From the NCBI GenBank assembly GCA_043757575.1, contig JAYVPE010000367.1:1-56984 (forward strand): 56,984 bases of DNA, given 5' to 3'. Of the stretch, positions 48,581 through 56,984 are shown one piece after another; the first letter of the stretch is position 1, and each line of letters starts with the position of its first letter. The translations under genes and the position numbers were made by a program. This DNA is from Pirellula sp. GTDB taxonomy: Bacteria; Planctomycetota; Planctomycetia; Pirellulales; Pirellulaceae. Below the pieces are notes generated by a model. That model made no database searches and was not told where the DNA came from. It worked only from the letters and a program-made list of their open reading frames with translations.

Positions 48581-49384
48581 ATGACGCCGGAACGAGTTAT
48601 CGTCGAATCCACTTATGCTTTGGTGTGCAGTTTACCAAGCAATACTGTTGATGCGGTGGCGGCTGCAATTTTGGAGAGTCCCGAAGGCTCATTGCGAGCG
48701 GAAATCTCGAAGCGGGTTCCACATCATCAACACCGGGACATTGCTCTGGCGTTTGTGGAGCACTGGCGAAATGATGCAAACGAGATTGACGCTCGAACGG
48801 TCGCCGTAGCATTGCAATCGGCGGCATTGTCTGAACGAAACCACCGTGATTCGCAATCGGTGGAACTGGTGTGGACCGGCCCGGATACAGAAGCCACTCC
48901 CTTTCGCCGAACTGAGCAAGCCATCCTACAAGTTCTGGATTCCGCGAAGAGTAGGATTACGCTCGTGAGTTTCGCCGTCTACCGGATTCCGAACATCGGC
49001 AAAGCACTTGTGCGGGCGGCGAAGCGGGGCGTGCAACTGACGGTGATCGTGGAGACTCCTGATAAGATCGAAGGCGAAGGGGAGTACAGCACAATTAAAG
49101 CATTGGGGCAGGAAGTGGCGGCATGCTCGACGGTTTACTTTTGGCCGAAAGAGAATCGCCTGCTCAGTGACAACAACAAAGTCGGTATTCTACACGTCAA
49201 GTGTGCAGTGGCCGATGGCAAGTGGTTATTTCTGTCGTCGGCGAATCTGACCCAACAGGCATTTACGATCAATATGGAGTTAGGGATGTTGGTCCGGGGC
49301 GGTTCGCTACCAAGCCAAGTGGAAAAGCAGTTTGACTGTCTGATCCAGATCGGGCAGTTGAAACGGGTGGAATCGAAAACGTAA
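48581..49384 (+). CDS. drmC: DISARM phospholipase D-like nuclease DrmC
   Basis: ELVWTGP, HVKCAVAD (HKD), SSANLT and NMELG motifs. Confidence 0.92.
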   Translation: MTPERVIVESTYALVCSLPSNTVDAVAAAILESPEGSLRAEISKRVPHHQHRDIALAFVEHWRNDANEIDARTVAVALQSAALSERNHRDSQSVELVWTGPDTEATPFRRTEQAILQVLDSAKSRITLVSFAVYRIPNIGKALVRAAKRGVQLTVIVETPDKIEGEGEYSTIKALGQEVAACSTVYFWPKENRLLSDNNKVGILHVKCAVADGKWLFLSSANLTQQAFTINMELGMLVRGGSLPSQVEKQFDCLIQIGQLKRVESKT

Positions 49385-49395
49385 TCGTTTGGAAT

Positions 49396-49905
49396 CTATT
49401 TCCGATTCTTGTTTGCTGAGCCGATCGATCTTCCGCTGCTGTCTCGAAAGGTCGATCGACCGTTATTACTAACTTCGGAGCCAGTCGATTTGCCCGACGA
49501 GTCCCGGAACTGAGTTCGATTGCTATTTACGCTCGATGATCCCGAGATAGCACCGTTTGACGAGCGATACGTGCTCCCACTCTTTGCGTTTGTAGCTGAC
49601 TGCACAATTCGTCCGCTGGCATCGCGAAATGTGATGCGATTTCCGGAAGATTCCGCAGCGCCAATAGATCGACCTGAGCTATCGCGGAATTGGGTCCGGT
49701 TCCCTTGCTGAACCGCAGTTCCAAGCGATCTCCCTGAGGCGTCCCGAAACGTTGTACGAGCGCCGCTGCCACCGCCAACGACTGTCGACCACGCTCCATT
49801 CGGCCAGTTCGAGCCAATGGCGGGGTCCGGACGCTGGGCCATCGCCACGCCGCTATGACATAGGACACATACTAAGACTGCAATCCAACTTTTTCGAACG
49901 AACAT
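49396..49905 (-). CDS. Secreted repeat protein
   Basis: Signal peptide ending AMA; about six copies of FRDxSGRxxG-like units. Confidence 0.7.
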   Translation of the reverse strand: MFVRKSWIAVLVCVLCHSGVAMAQRPDPAIGSNWPNGAWSTVVGGGSGARTTFRDASGRSLGTAVQQGNRTQFRDSSGRSIGAAESSGNRITFRDASGRIVQSATNAKSGSTYRSSNGAISGSSSVNSNRTQFRDSSGKSTGSEVSNNGRSTFRDSSGRSIGSANKNRK

Positions 49906-50345
49906 CGGTACCCTCCGTTTGCTACTGGGCAGCTTTTGCTGAAACTACATCAAAGGCTAATTGATCGATTCTGCCAAAGTCCTTTGACACGTTCGGTCAC
50001 ATGACGGGAATAATTGCCTTGCTCAGAACATATCCTAAGCAAAATGGCCAGGGCGTTCAAATTTGCACTCGGAACTCACATCAAAGCCCTTTGAGGTTTG
50101 TCTAGGAGTTAGCGAGCGACCTACCGTTCCAGGCGCAGGCAGTGTTGGCTTGGAGCGAGAATCGAGATTCCATGTACCAATTTGCACAACCAGACCGATC
50201 TGCTAAAGCAACACTCAAGCTCCGTTCTTTTGACTGCGTCTATCTTATCGCTGCTGGGCCTCGAAGTCGCGCCGCCCAGGCCGCCGATGGGGAAATCTCA
50301 TCCCAATGAATTCTCCGAAGAGCGAACTTGGACAACTTTTGTGAT

Positions 50346-50420
50346 TGTCTACCGTCTACATGTCTACAATGGCTGCCATTTCCAATTTCGATGGACTGTA
50401 GACTTGTAGACACGTAGACG
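50346..50420. repeat. Inverted pair of TGTCTACA octamer arrays
   Basis: TGTCTAC CGTCTACA TGTCTACA (50346-50368) and TGTAGACT TGTAGACA CGTAGACG (50397-50420). Confidence 0.75.
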
Positions 50421-50505
50421 GCGATAAACAATTAGCATAGGTTTTCAAACCAGCGTTCTCGGATCGCTGTCAAACGCTTCGGAAAACATGAGTTAAGACA
50501 ATTTA

Positions 50506-51351
50506 ATGGATCGAACCGTGACGATCGCTGGTGTTGAAGTGCCTCGCTTCCTTTACGGGACCGCTTGGAAAGAGGATGCAACTCAGGTTCTGGTCGAACG
50601 TGCTCTCGCGCTGGGATTTCGTGGTATCGACACTGCAAATCAACGCAAACACTACGATGAGGCAGCAGTTGGACGTGCCATTTCAGCTGCGATCGCCGGC
50701 GGTTTGTTAGTTCGCGAAGAGTTGTTTGTGCAGACCAAATACACATTCCAACGCGGACAAGATCATCGTCTGCCCTACAGTCCGGATTCCTCCATTTCAA
50801 ATCAAGTGGAAGTGTCGTTTGCTAGTTCGTTACAGCACTTGGCCGTCGACCGGATTGACTCCTATGTGCTGCATGGACCAAGCAGTCCCGTTGGGTTCAA
50901 TCGGGATGACTGGTCTGCTTGGCGAGCGATGGAGAACATCTACGATAGTGGCCGCACGCGTCTGCTTGGTGTCAGCAATGTTTCACTGGATCAACTCGAG
51001 AGTCTTTGCCGGGATGCAAGAGTCCTACCTCACTTTGTGCAGAACCGATGCTACGCAATACAAGGGTGGGGTAAAGATGTCCGAGATTTCTGCAAGAGCA
51101 ACGGGCTGAATTACCAGGGCTTCTCGTTGTTGACGGCCAACGGTGCCGTGATGGCCAGCCGTAAATTGGCTAAGATGGCAGAGCGCCATAGCTGTTCCAT
51201 CGCACAAGTTGTTTTCAGATTTGCAATCGAAGTTGGTATGATTCCCCTAACAGGCACCACATCTGAACAGCATATGCGGTCGGACCTGGAGATTTTCGAC
51301 ACTCAATTAAGTCTAGACGAAATCGAAGCTATCTCGAATCTCATGAGCTAA
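50506..51351 (+). CDS. Aldo/keto reductase
   Basis: GFRGIDTA, Y, LFVQTK, DSYVLHGP and GVSN motifs. Confidence 0.92.
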   Translation: MDRTVTIAGVEVPRFLYGTAWKEDATQVLVERALALGFRGIDTANQRKHYDEAAVGRAISAAIAGGLLVREELFVQTKYTFQRGQDHRLPYSPDSSISNQVEVSFASSLQHLAVDRIDSYVLHGPSSPVGFNRDDWSAWRAMENIYDSGRTRLLGVSNVSLDQLESLCRDARVLPHFVQNRCYAIQGWGKDVRDFCKSNGLNYQGFSLLTANGAVMASRKLAKMAERHSCSIAQVVFRFAIEVGMIPLTGTTSEQHMRSDLEIFDTQLSLDEIEAISNLMS

Positions 51352-51466
51352 CGACATTCCTTTCTGGGAGAGAAAGGGACGTTACCAAGTGTACGGTGGC
51401 CTATGGAGAACGCCTTGATCCAACCTCATCCGATACAACGACCGAAAGAACAGGGCGAGTAACCGC

Positions 51467-51742
51467 ATGGCAAATTTGACTAACCCACGCATAATCTGGT
51501 TTAAAGGCGGGCTATTCGTTGCACTCGGAACATTTGCTTCGGGGCTCCTGCTCGTGCAACTGCCGGACATTCGGTACGCCCTGCTACTTGCAATTGCTAT
51601 TTGGGCTTTCTGCCGTGCCTACTACTTCGCGTTCTACGTAATAGAACGGTATGTCGATCCAAACTATCGGTTCGCTGGCCTGCTACACTTTGCGCGGTAC
51701 GCTATCTTGGGGCACAACCCGGACCATTCAAACGGCGGATGA
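51467..51742 (+). CDS. Small membrane protein
   Basis: Two hydrophobic helices and a RAYYFAFYVIERYVDP motif. Confidence 0.7.
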   Translation: MANLTNPRIIWFKGGLFVALGTFASGLLLVQLPDIRYALLLAIAIWAFCRAYYFAFYVIERYVDPNYRFAGLLHFARYAILGHNPDHSNGG

Positions 51743-51861
51743 CATATTTAGGATTGGGAACTGCGATGGACAGTTGCGCAGACGAAGCGGCTCAGTCTAT
51801 CCCGCAGACGCTTCGATACGGGTGCGATCGTTTTTAAATCTTTTTGCCACAAGGTAAACCT

Positions 51862-52809
51862 ATGCTTCGAATCCTCGCTTTCGGAATCGCGTGCTTGGCC
51901 GGCTTGGGCGTTATCGCTGATGAGCCGAGTCCGACAATAAGCGGGAATAGTTCCATTCGCGGCAAGGCTGGCTCGTCGGAGATCGTCATAACGACAACCG
52001 ATCGTCTTGCTGGTGCAATCCACTCGTTGAAGTGGGATGGCAAAGAGTTTATTGACAGCCATGACCACGGACGGCAACTCCAGTCCGCCGCCAGCTTCGA
52101 TTGCGCGTCAGGCAAAGAGTTCTGGGCTGAGTGCTACAACCCTACAGAGGCTGGCTCGCGGGCGGACGGGATCGGGGACAAGTCATCCAGCAAGCTCCTT
52201 CGGCTCAGCGCTGTAGGGGGCGAACTGCGGGCGACCAACCAGATGGCATTCTGGCTTGCCCCCGGAGAGAAGTCGTTCGGAAGACCTGCACTCAACGAAA
52301 AGCTATTATCGGAACACCTCGTCGCAAAGAGGGTCCGAATCGGGTACAAAAAACTCGCCAACGTGATCGAATACGAGGTCACGTTTACTGTGCCCCAGGG
52401 CGAGCGGCACAACTACGGTCAATTTGAGGCATTGACTGGATATATGCCACCTGAGTTCAGTCGATTCTGGAAGTTCCAGCCGGAATCCGGCTCGCTGGAG
52501 GAGCTGGACGACGGCCCCGGCGAACAGGAATGCCCTGTCATATTCGCCACGGAGCGCGGTACGCACGCAATGGGTATCTTCTCTCCTGACCAGCCATCAC
52601 GCGGCTACGAGAAGGCCGGCTATGGCCGGTTCCGCTTCAAAACGGAGAGCGTGGTGAAATGGAACTGCGTCTTCCGTGTTCGGAGCGCCAAAGGCATCGC
52701 CCAGGGTGAACACCGATTTCGCCTTTTCGTCGCGATAGGCACACAGGAAGACGTAAGACAGTCGCTTGCCTCGCTAGCCGCCGAGTTCGTAGGGCGATGG
52801 CTTGATTAA
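51862..52809 (+). CDS. Secreted hypothetical protein (predicted beta-rich)
   Basis: Signal peptide MLRILAFGIACLAGLGVIA; DHGRQLQSA and YNPTEAGS motifs. Confidence 0.75.
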   Translation: MLRILAFGIACLAGLGVIADEPSPTISGNSSIRGKAGSSEIVITTTDRLAGAIHSLKWDGKEFIDSHDHGRQLQSAASFDCASGKEFWAECYNPTEAGSRADGIGDKSSSKLLRLSAVGGELRATNQMAFWLAPGEKSFGRPALNEKLLSEHLVAKRVRIGYKKLANVIEYEVTFTVPQGERHNYGQFEALTGYMPPEFSRFWKFQPESGSLEELDDGPGEQECPVIFATERGTHAMGIFSPDQPSRGYEKAGYGRFRFKTESVVKWNCVFRVRSAKGIAQGEHRFRLFVAIGTQEDVRQSLASLAAEFVGRWLD

Positions 52810-53104
52810 CACCGCTGGGTCTGTACTTAGCTGCAATGATTGCGAGGGAGGGCGCAAGCATTCGCTACTTTCAGCGAGTGAGTTGTCGTCATCGCAAGCT
52901 CGAATCGGCAACGCAGTAGATGAAAACCATGTGAATCGTTTCTGTTGCAGAGTGTTGTTCAGTGTTCAACCTAAATCCAGCCCCGAAACGCGTCATATAG
53001 AGTGATGGGTACACTTTACTATTTGCCACCACCGCAAATAGCCCTTCACGCGGCTCTGGGCACTCTGCCCTCCGCTTCCACTCTGTTTCCAATAGGAGAA
53101 TTCT

Positions 53105-53464
53105 ATGTCACACGTCGTGACCATCCGCACTCAGGTGCGGGACCCGCAGGCTGTTCAATCAGCTTGCTCGCGTTTGAAACTGCCCGCACCGATACATGGG
53201 CCAACCAAACTGTTTGTTGGCGAGAAGACCGGCTGGGCTGTGAAACTGTCCGGTTGGATCTATCCGGTCGTATGCAACACAAGCACCGGCGAAGTCGACT
53301 TCGACAACTACGGCGGCAAGTGGGGCCAACAGCAGGAGCTAGATCGGTTCCTACAAACATATGCGGTAGAAAAAGCCAAGATCGAAGCGCGCAAGTCTGG
53401 CTACACAGCCACCGAGCAAACTTTGCCCGATGGCAGTATTCGTGTTTGCGTCCAAGTCGCCTAA
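53105..53464 (+). CDS. DUF1257 family protein
   Basis: MSHVVTIRTQVRD...DNYGGKWG...FLQTYAVEKA...DGSIRV; RBS AGGAG. Confidence 0.85.
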   Translation: MSHVVTIRTQVRDPQAVQSACSRLKLPAPIHGPTKLFVGEKTGWAVKLSGWIYPVVCNTSTGEVDFDNYGGKWGQQQELDRFLQTYAVEKAKIEARKSGYTATEQTLPDGSIRVCVQVA

Positions 53465-53474
53465 AGGAGCATCC

Positions 53475-53666
53475 ATGAAAACGATCGAAATCACCGTATC
53501 GCCGAAGGGCGGGACCAAGGTCGAAACCAAAGGGTTCTCGGGAAGCGACTGCCAAGCTGCTACGCGCAGTATCGAATTGGCGCTTGGTGCCCGCGAATCC
53601 GAATCGCTGAAGAGCGAGTTCTATCAGCAAGCGAACGCTTCGCTTGACCAGTCTGCCGAGCAGTAT
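53475..53666 (+). CDS. DUF2997 family protein (no stop; reads through into the AAA ATPase)
   Basis: MKTIEITVSPKG...VETKGFSGSDC...ALG...EFYQ; RBS AAGGAG. End coordinate is approximate. Confidence 0.75.
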
Positions 53667-53676
53667 TCTCTGCTGG

Positions 53677-53700
53677 CGTCTACGTGTCTACATGTCTACA
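53677..53700. repeat. Third TGTCTACA octamer array
   Basis: CGTCTACG TGTCTACA TGTCTACA, 23/24 identical to the reverse complement of 50397-50420. Confidence 0.75.
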
Positions 53701-53720
53701 AATTTCACAAGGGAGATACT

Positions 53721-55232
53721 ATGTCCACACTTGGACTTCGAATGAGCGAGCTCGTTCGGGCTTGTTTCACTGGCGTATGGATTAAATCCTACGAACCAGA
53801 CGACGCAATCGTTGAAATGTCGAAACTTTGTCGGGATGAGAACTGGTCCTTGATGTGTTGGGACATTGCACAAGGCTTCAGAGCTATTGCCAATACACCC
53901 GTACCGTCAGAACCAGCAGACCCGGTCGGGGCTTTGAAAATCCTGTCGGCTCTTAGCAACGATGCTACACCAACCATCCTGGTCTTGAGCAGCTTTCATC
54001 GCTTCTTGGGATCGGGCGAGGTTGTAGCCGAGATTGCAAAAGCCGTGTCACTGGGCAAGATGCAACGCAAGTTTGTCGTCATTTTGTCGCCGGTAGTGCA
54101 GTTGCCGCCGGAACTCGAACGACTATTCGTGGTCGTCGATCATGAACCACCCACTCGATCTGAACTTCAGGAGCTGCTCAGTAGCATTGCAACTGGTGAT
54201 AACGAGATGCCTTTTGGCCAACAGCTTGAGGCAGTACTCGATGCTGCGGTCGGCCTGACACGGTACGAAGCTGAAAATGCTTTCTCGCTGTCGTTGGTCC
54301 GCCATGGTTCGGTGCAGCCAGAAGCAATTTGGGAGCTCAAAACACAGGCTCTCAAGAAGTCTGGCCTATTGAGCCTCTGTCGATCTGACAGCGATTTCAG
54401 TTCGCTGGGCGGATTGTCGGCTCTGAAGGCATTTACCAAACGAGCTCTGCTGCGTTCTAGCAACGCCGGATCGCTTGCAAAGCCACGTGGCGTCTTGCTC
54501 TTGTCACCACCTGGTTGCGGCAAATCCGAGTTCTGCAAGTCGCTTGGCAAGGAAGTCGGTCGCCCGGTGCTAACACTGGACGTCGGTAGCCTGATGGGCT
54601 CGCTCGTTGGCCAATCGGAGGAGCGGACCCGAGAAGCGTTACGGATCATCGATTCTATGGCACCTTGTGTGGTCATGATCGATGAAATCGAAAAGGCTTT
54701 TGCTGGGGCTTCGGGTGGCAGTGGCGACAGCGGAGTGACATCCCGTATGTTTGGCACCTTGCTGACTTGGCTGAATGACCATACCTCCGATGTCTTCGTG
54801 GTATGCACAGCAAATGATGTTACGAGGCTGCCGCCAGAGTTCTCGCGTGCCGAGCGATTTGACGGTGTGTTCTTTGTGGATTTGCCAAGCCGAGTTCAAA
54901 AGGATGCTATTTGGGGCATGTATCGGACTCGGTTTGACATATCTAGCGAAGAGAATTTGCCGGCAGATGACCAATGGACTGGTGCCGAGATCCGTTCTTG
55001 TTGCCGGTTGTCAGCTTTACTTGATGTACCACTTAGCCAAGCGGCGCAGAATGTCGTACCGGTGGCGGTAACTTCGGCGGAGTCCGTTCAACGGTTAAGA
55101 GAGTGGGCTGCGGGGAGATGTTTGGATGCGGAGGTTGGCGGGATCTATTCCTCAAAACACTCTGCAGACAAAAGTGTAAATGGTTCATCTGTCAGACGCC
55201 GTGCAACTCGTGGCGGACCGTCCGCCAACTGA
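53721..55232 (+). CDS. AAA+ ATPase (Ycf46-like)
   Basis: PPGCGKS, IDEIEKAF, TAN and RAERFD motifs; own RBS (AAGGGAG) before MSTLG. Confidence 0.9.
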   Translation: MSTLGLRMSELVRACFTGVWIKSYEPDDAIVEMSKLCRDENWSLMCWDIAQGFRAIANTPVPSEPADPVGALKILSALSNDATPTILVLSSFHRFLGSGEVVAEIAKAVSLGKMQRKFVVILSPVVQLPPELERLFVVVDHEPPTRSELQELLSSIATGDNEMPFGQQLEAVLDAAVGLTRYEAENAFSLSLVRHGSVQPEAIWELKTQALKKSGLLSLCRSDSDFSSLGGLSALKAFTKRALLRSSNAGSLAKPRGVLLLSPPGCGKSEFCKSLGKEVGRPVLTLDVGSLMGSLVGQSEERTREALRIIDSMAPCVVMIDEIEKAFAGASGGSGDSGVTSRMFGTLLTWLNDHTSDVFVVCTANDVTRLPPEFSRAERFDGVFFVDLPSRVQKDAIWGMYRTRFDISSEENLPADDQWTGAEIRSCCRLSALLDVPLSQAAQNVVPVAVTSAESVQRLREWAAGRCLDAEVGGIYSSKHSADKSVNGSSVRRRATRGGPSAN

Positions 55233-55269
55233 CTGGCTCCCCATTCCTTCAACTATAGGGAGCCATGCA

Positions 55270-55560
55270 GTGCTTACTCCACAAGATCTTGTCCTATTGC
55301 GTGAGGCGTTGGCATATTGGGCCCAGGAAACCGCTGGCCTGAATTCAATTAGGGCCGCGGACGCAGGTCATTCTCAATGCTTGGTTGAGGTCACCGAGAC
55401 CGATATCCACAGGTTGATTCAACGACTTATGCCTGAAAACGTTAGGTATATCGTCGTGGACAGCGAGTCTAACCATACGGTCAATACGCGACTGTTTCGA
55501 AACGCACCGCATCTCCATCCTTGTTCGGATCGCTGGCAGGTGTGGACTGTAATCGGCTAG
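55270..55560 (+). CDS. Hypothetical protein
   Basis: GTG start after AGGGAG; LREALAYW motif; co-oriented with neighbouring genes. Confidence 0.55.
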   Translation: MLTPQDLVLLREALAYWAQETAGLNSIRAADAGHSQCLVEVTETDIHRLIQRLMPENVRYIVVDSESNHTVNTRLFRNAPHLHPCSDRWQVWTVIG

Positions 55561-55806
55561 CCGGGCTAGCTGAAATTACAGCTCATTACGCCAAGCGATA
55601 GCTGTCGGTAGTTTCAAAGGGCATGGATGAGCGTCATCCACTCAAATTCTCACCTCACCCTTAACTCTATGGGTTGATCATGTTCACTGTTTTACTTCTG
55701 AGCAGCACGCTCGTCGCGGCTGCTTCGGTAGCGTTGGCATTTCACCGCCAACGCCGTTTTGAACAACTTCTCAAATTCACTCAAAGACTATTACGAAGGG
55801 ATAAAT

Positions 55807-56424
55807 ATGGTTCGCATCATTCAGATTTTGGTGTTAGCAGGATCTACCATCCGGGGAGTGCTCAAGCAATTGGGCATACTCCTAATCTTGCTAGCGCCCA
55901 TCATCACCGGTTGCGGCGACGACGTGGCCGCTCGTCGCGAGCGAGAACACGTCAACGCCATGCAACGGCAGGTAACAGAGGCGTCAAGGGAATTCATCAC
56001 CGCCGACGCCGAAGCCCGAAAAGGTTGGGTCGCGGCTCAGCAATCCTTCGAGCAGACTCGCAAATCGATCGTCCAACAACAGACTGATATCCAATCAGGA
56101 TTAGACCGACTGGAATCAGAACGTAAATCCATTGTTGCTGAACGCACGACAGACTTGCTTCTTTCAAGAACAATCGAAGCCATCGGAATCGTTTTGGCAG
56201 GGTTGGTCCCGCTCTTGTTACTTGGCTGGCTCATGCGGCGATTCTGGCAAACGGACTCGGTGCAAGACATTGACGAAATGATTGTGATGTCCGCGGAGGC
56301 ATCACACTTTCAGCCGAATGTATCGACGACCGAGATTTGGCGGAACCTAAAGCCTGTCTCCATTGCAAATGGCCGGTATCTGCCCGAAGTGTTGGATGAC
56401 AACTCTTGGTCGCACGACGCTTGA
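55807..56424 (+). CDS. Putative lipoprotein/membrane coiled-coil protein
   Basis: Hydrophobic N-terminus ending ITGC, coiled coil, then a second TM segment. Confidence 0.65.
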   Translation: MVRIIQILVLAGSTIRGVLKQLGILLILLAPIITGCGDDVAARREREHVNAMQRQVTEASREFITADAEARKGWVAAQQSFEQTRKSIVQQQTDIQSGLDRLESERKSIVAERTTDLLLSRTIEAIGIVLAGLVPLLLLGWLMRRFWQTDSVQDIDEMIVMSAEASHFQPNVSTTEIWRNLKPVSIANGRYLPEVLDDNSWSHDA

Positions 56425-56451
56425 AAACTTTGCGCGACTAACAACATCAAT

Positions 56452-56480
56452 AACGGCGGGACTTTTGTGCCCGCCGTTTT
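56452..56480 (+). terminator. Rho-independent terminator-like hairpin
   Basis: AACGGCGGG-ACTTTTGTG-CCCGCCGTT followed by a T-rich tail. Confidence 0.6.
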
Positions 56481-56518
56481 CGTTTACTTACCCATCAATT
56501 AACAAGGAAACCAAACCT

Positions 56519-56984
56519 ATGTCCACAGTATTAGAATCGCCAACCCAAGAGCGAGAGTCTCTTCAGCGGAACACCGTCGGTGAGCAATTGCAGTCGGCAA
56601 CGACCGCGATCCGGCTACACGTCCGATGGCCGGGTGTTCGTAAGACACTGAGCCAAGGGCAACGTCGCCTAGCCGCCGGCGCATTTAGCGCCGATGTAGA
56701 CGTCCTATCTGCTGGCAAGAAACTGTTCGACACAACCCACCCCGTATTTCGAACTGTGTCAGCCGTAAAATCCAAGGCGGTAGCCTGCTGGCGCGGGCAG
56801 ACATTGCCATATGTGGAGCCAGGCATTCGGCTTGTACGGCGTAACACCGTGTCAACTCTGGAGTCGCAGCTCCGCGAGACTCAGATCGAGCTACAGGCAA
56901 CGGTACGTGATCTTGATCGGTGCTGGGGTGAACTGGTTGACCAAGCCCGCAAACGCCTGGGTGACCTGTTCGATGTAACGGACT
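56519..56984 (+). CDS. DUF3150-like protein, 3' end outside window
   Basis: My translation: MSTVLESP...RLHVRWPGVRKTL...SAGKKLFDTTHP...TLPYVEPGIRL. RBS AAGGA upstream. Family assignment is from recall. Confidence 0.65.
   Translation, partial: MSTVLESPTQERESLQRNTVGEQLQSATTAIRLHVRWPGVRKTLSQGQRRLAAGAFSADVDVLSAGKKLFDTTHPVFRTVSAVKSKAVACWRGQTLPYVEPGIRLVRRNTVSTLESQLRETQIELQATVRDLDRCWGELVDQARKRLGDLFDVTD

Larger units (their letters stand above)
11685..56984. mobile_element. tRNA-Asn-anchored integrative element / defence island; right end not seen, possibly composite
   Basis: Integrase directly after the tRNA, then a switch from housekeeping genes to defence and accessory genes. No attR duplication found in the window. 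Confidence 0.75.

Noticed and set aside
16246-48924. Numerous 60-230-aa antisense or alternate-frame ORFs over the BREX and DISARM genes
   Set aside because: They have no recognisable motifs and are explained as shadows of long coding genes.
55650-55673. CCTCACCCTTAACTCT as another copy of the pglW hairpin repeat
   Set aside because: Too degenerate and it has no stem.
55674-56087. 137-aa ORF with a hydrophobic N-terminus
   Set aside because: Most of it overlaps the better-supported 55807-56424 gene in another frame. A short real peptide cannot be excluded.

Overview
Bacterial chromosome segment, most likely from a planctomycete (Pirellulaceae-like, inferred from gene content). Bases 1-11.6 kb are core genome: HTTM-type membrane pair, Cys-rich secreted protein, secG-yicC-gmk-rpoZ, split coaC/coaB, bshB1-like deacetylase, Mn/Zn ABC components, Sua5 and a LMW phosphatase. 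A tRNA-Asn(GTT) is followed by a tyrosine integrase that opens an island running off the right end. The island carries a complete type 2 BREX/Pgl operon (pglW-pglX-pglY-pglZ-brxD-brxHI, minus strand), a membrane-anchored TPR/GreAB-C/PIN protein, a DISARM core (drmA-drmB-drmC) with no methylase, and a DUF1257/DUF2997/AAA/DUF3150-like module. The most unusual signal is non-coding. A GxxExxY nuclease gene between pglW and pglX is bracketed by 29-bp inverted repeats. An 'empty' 77-bp copy of the same element sits in frame inside pglX. Further short repeat families flank a cassette gene or are translated inside pglW. BrxHI also carries a C-terminal ASCH domain. All family assignments come from motif recognition, not database searches.
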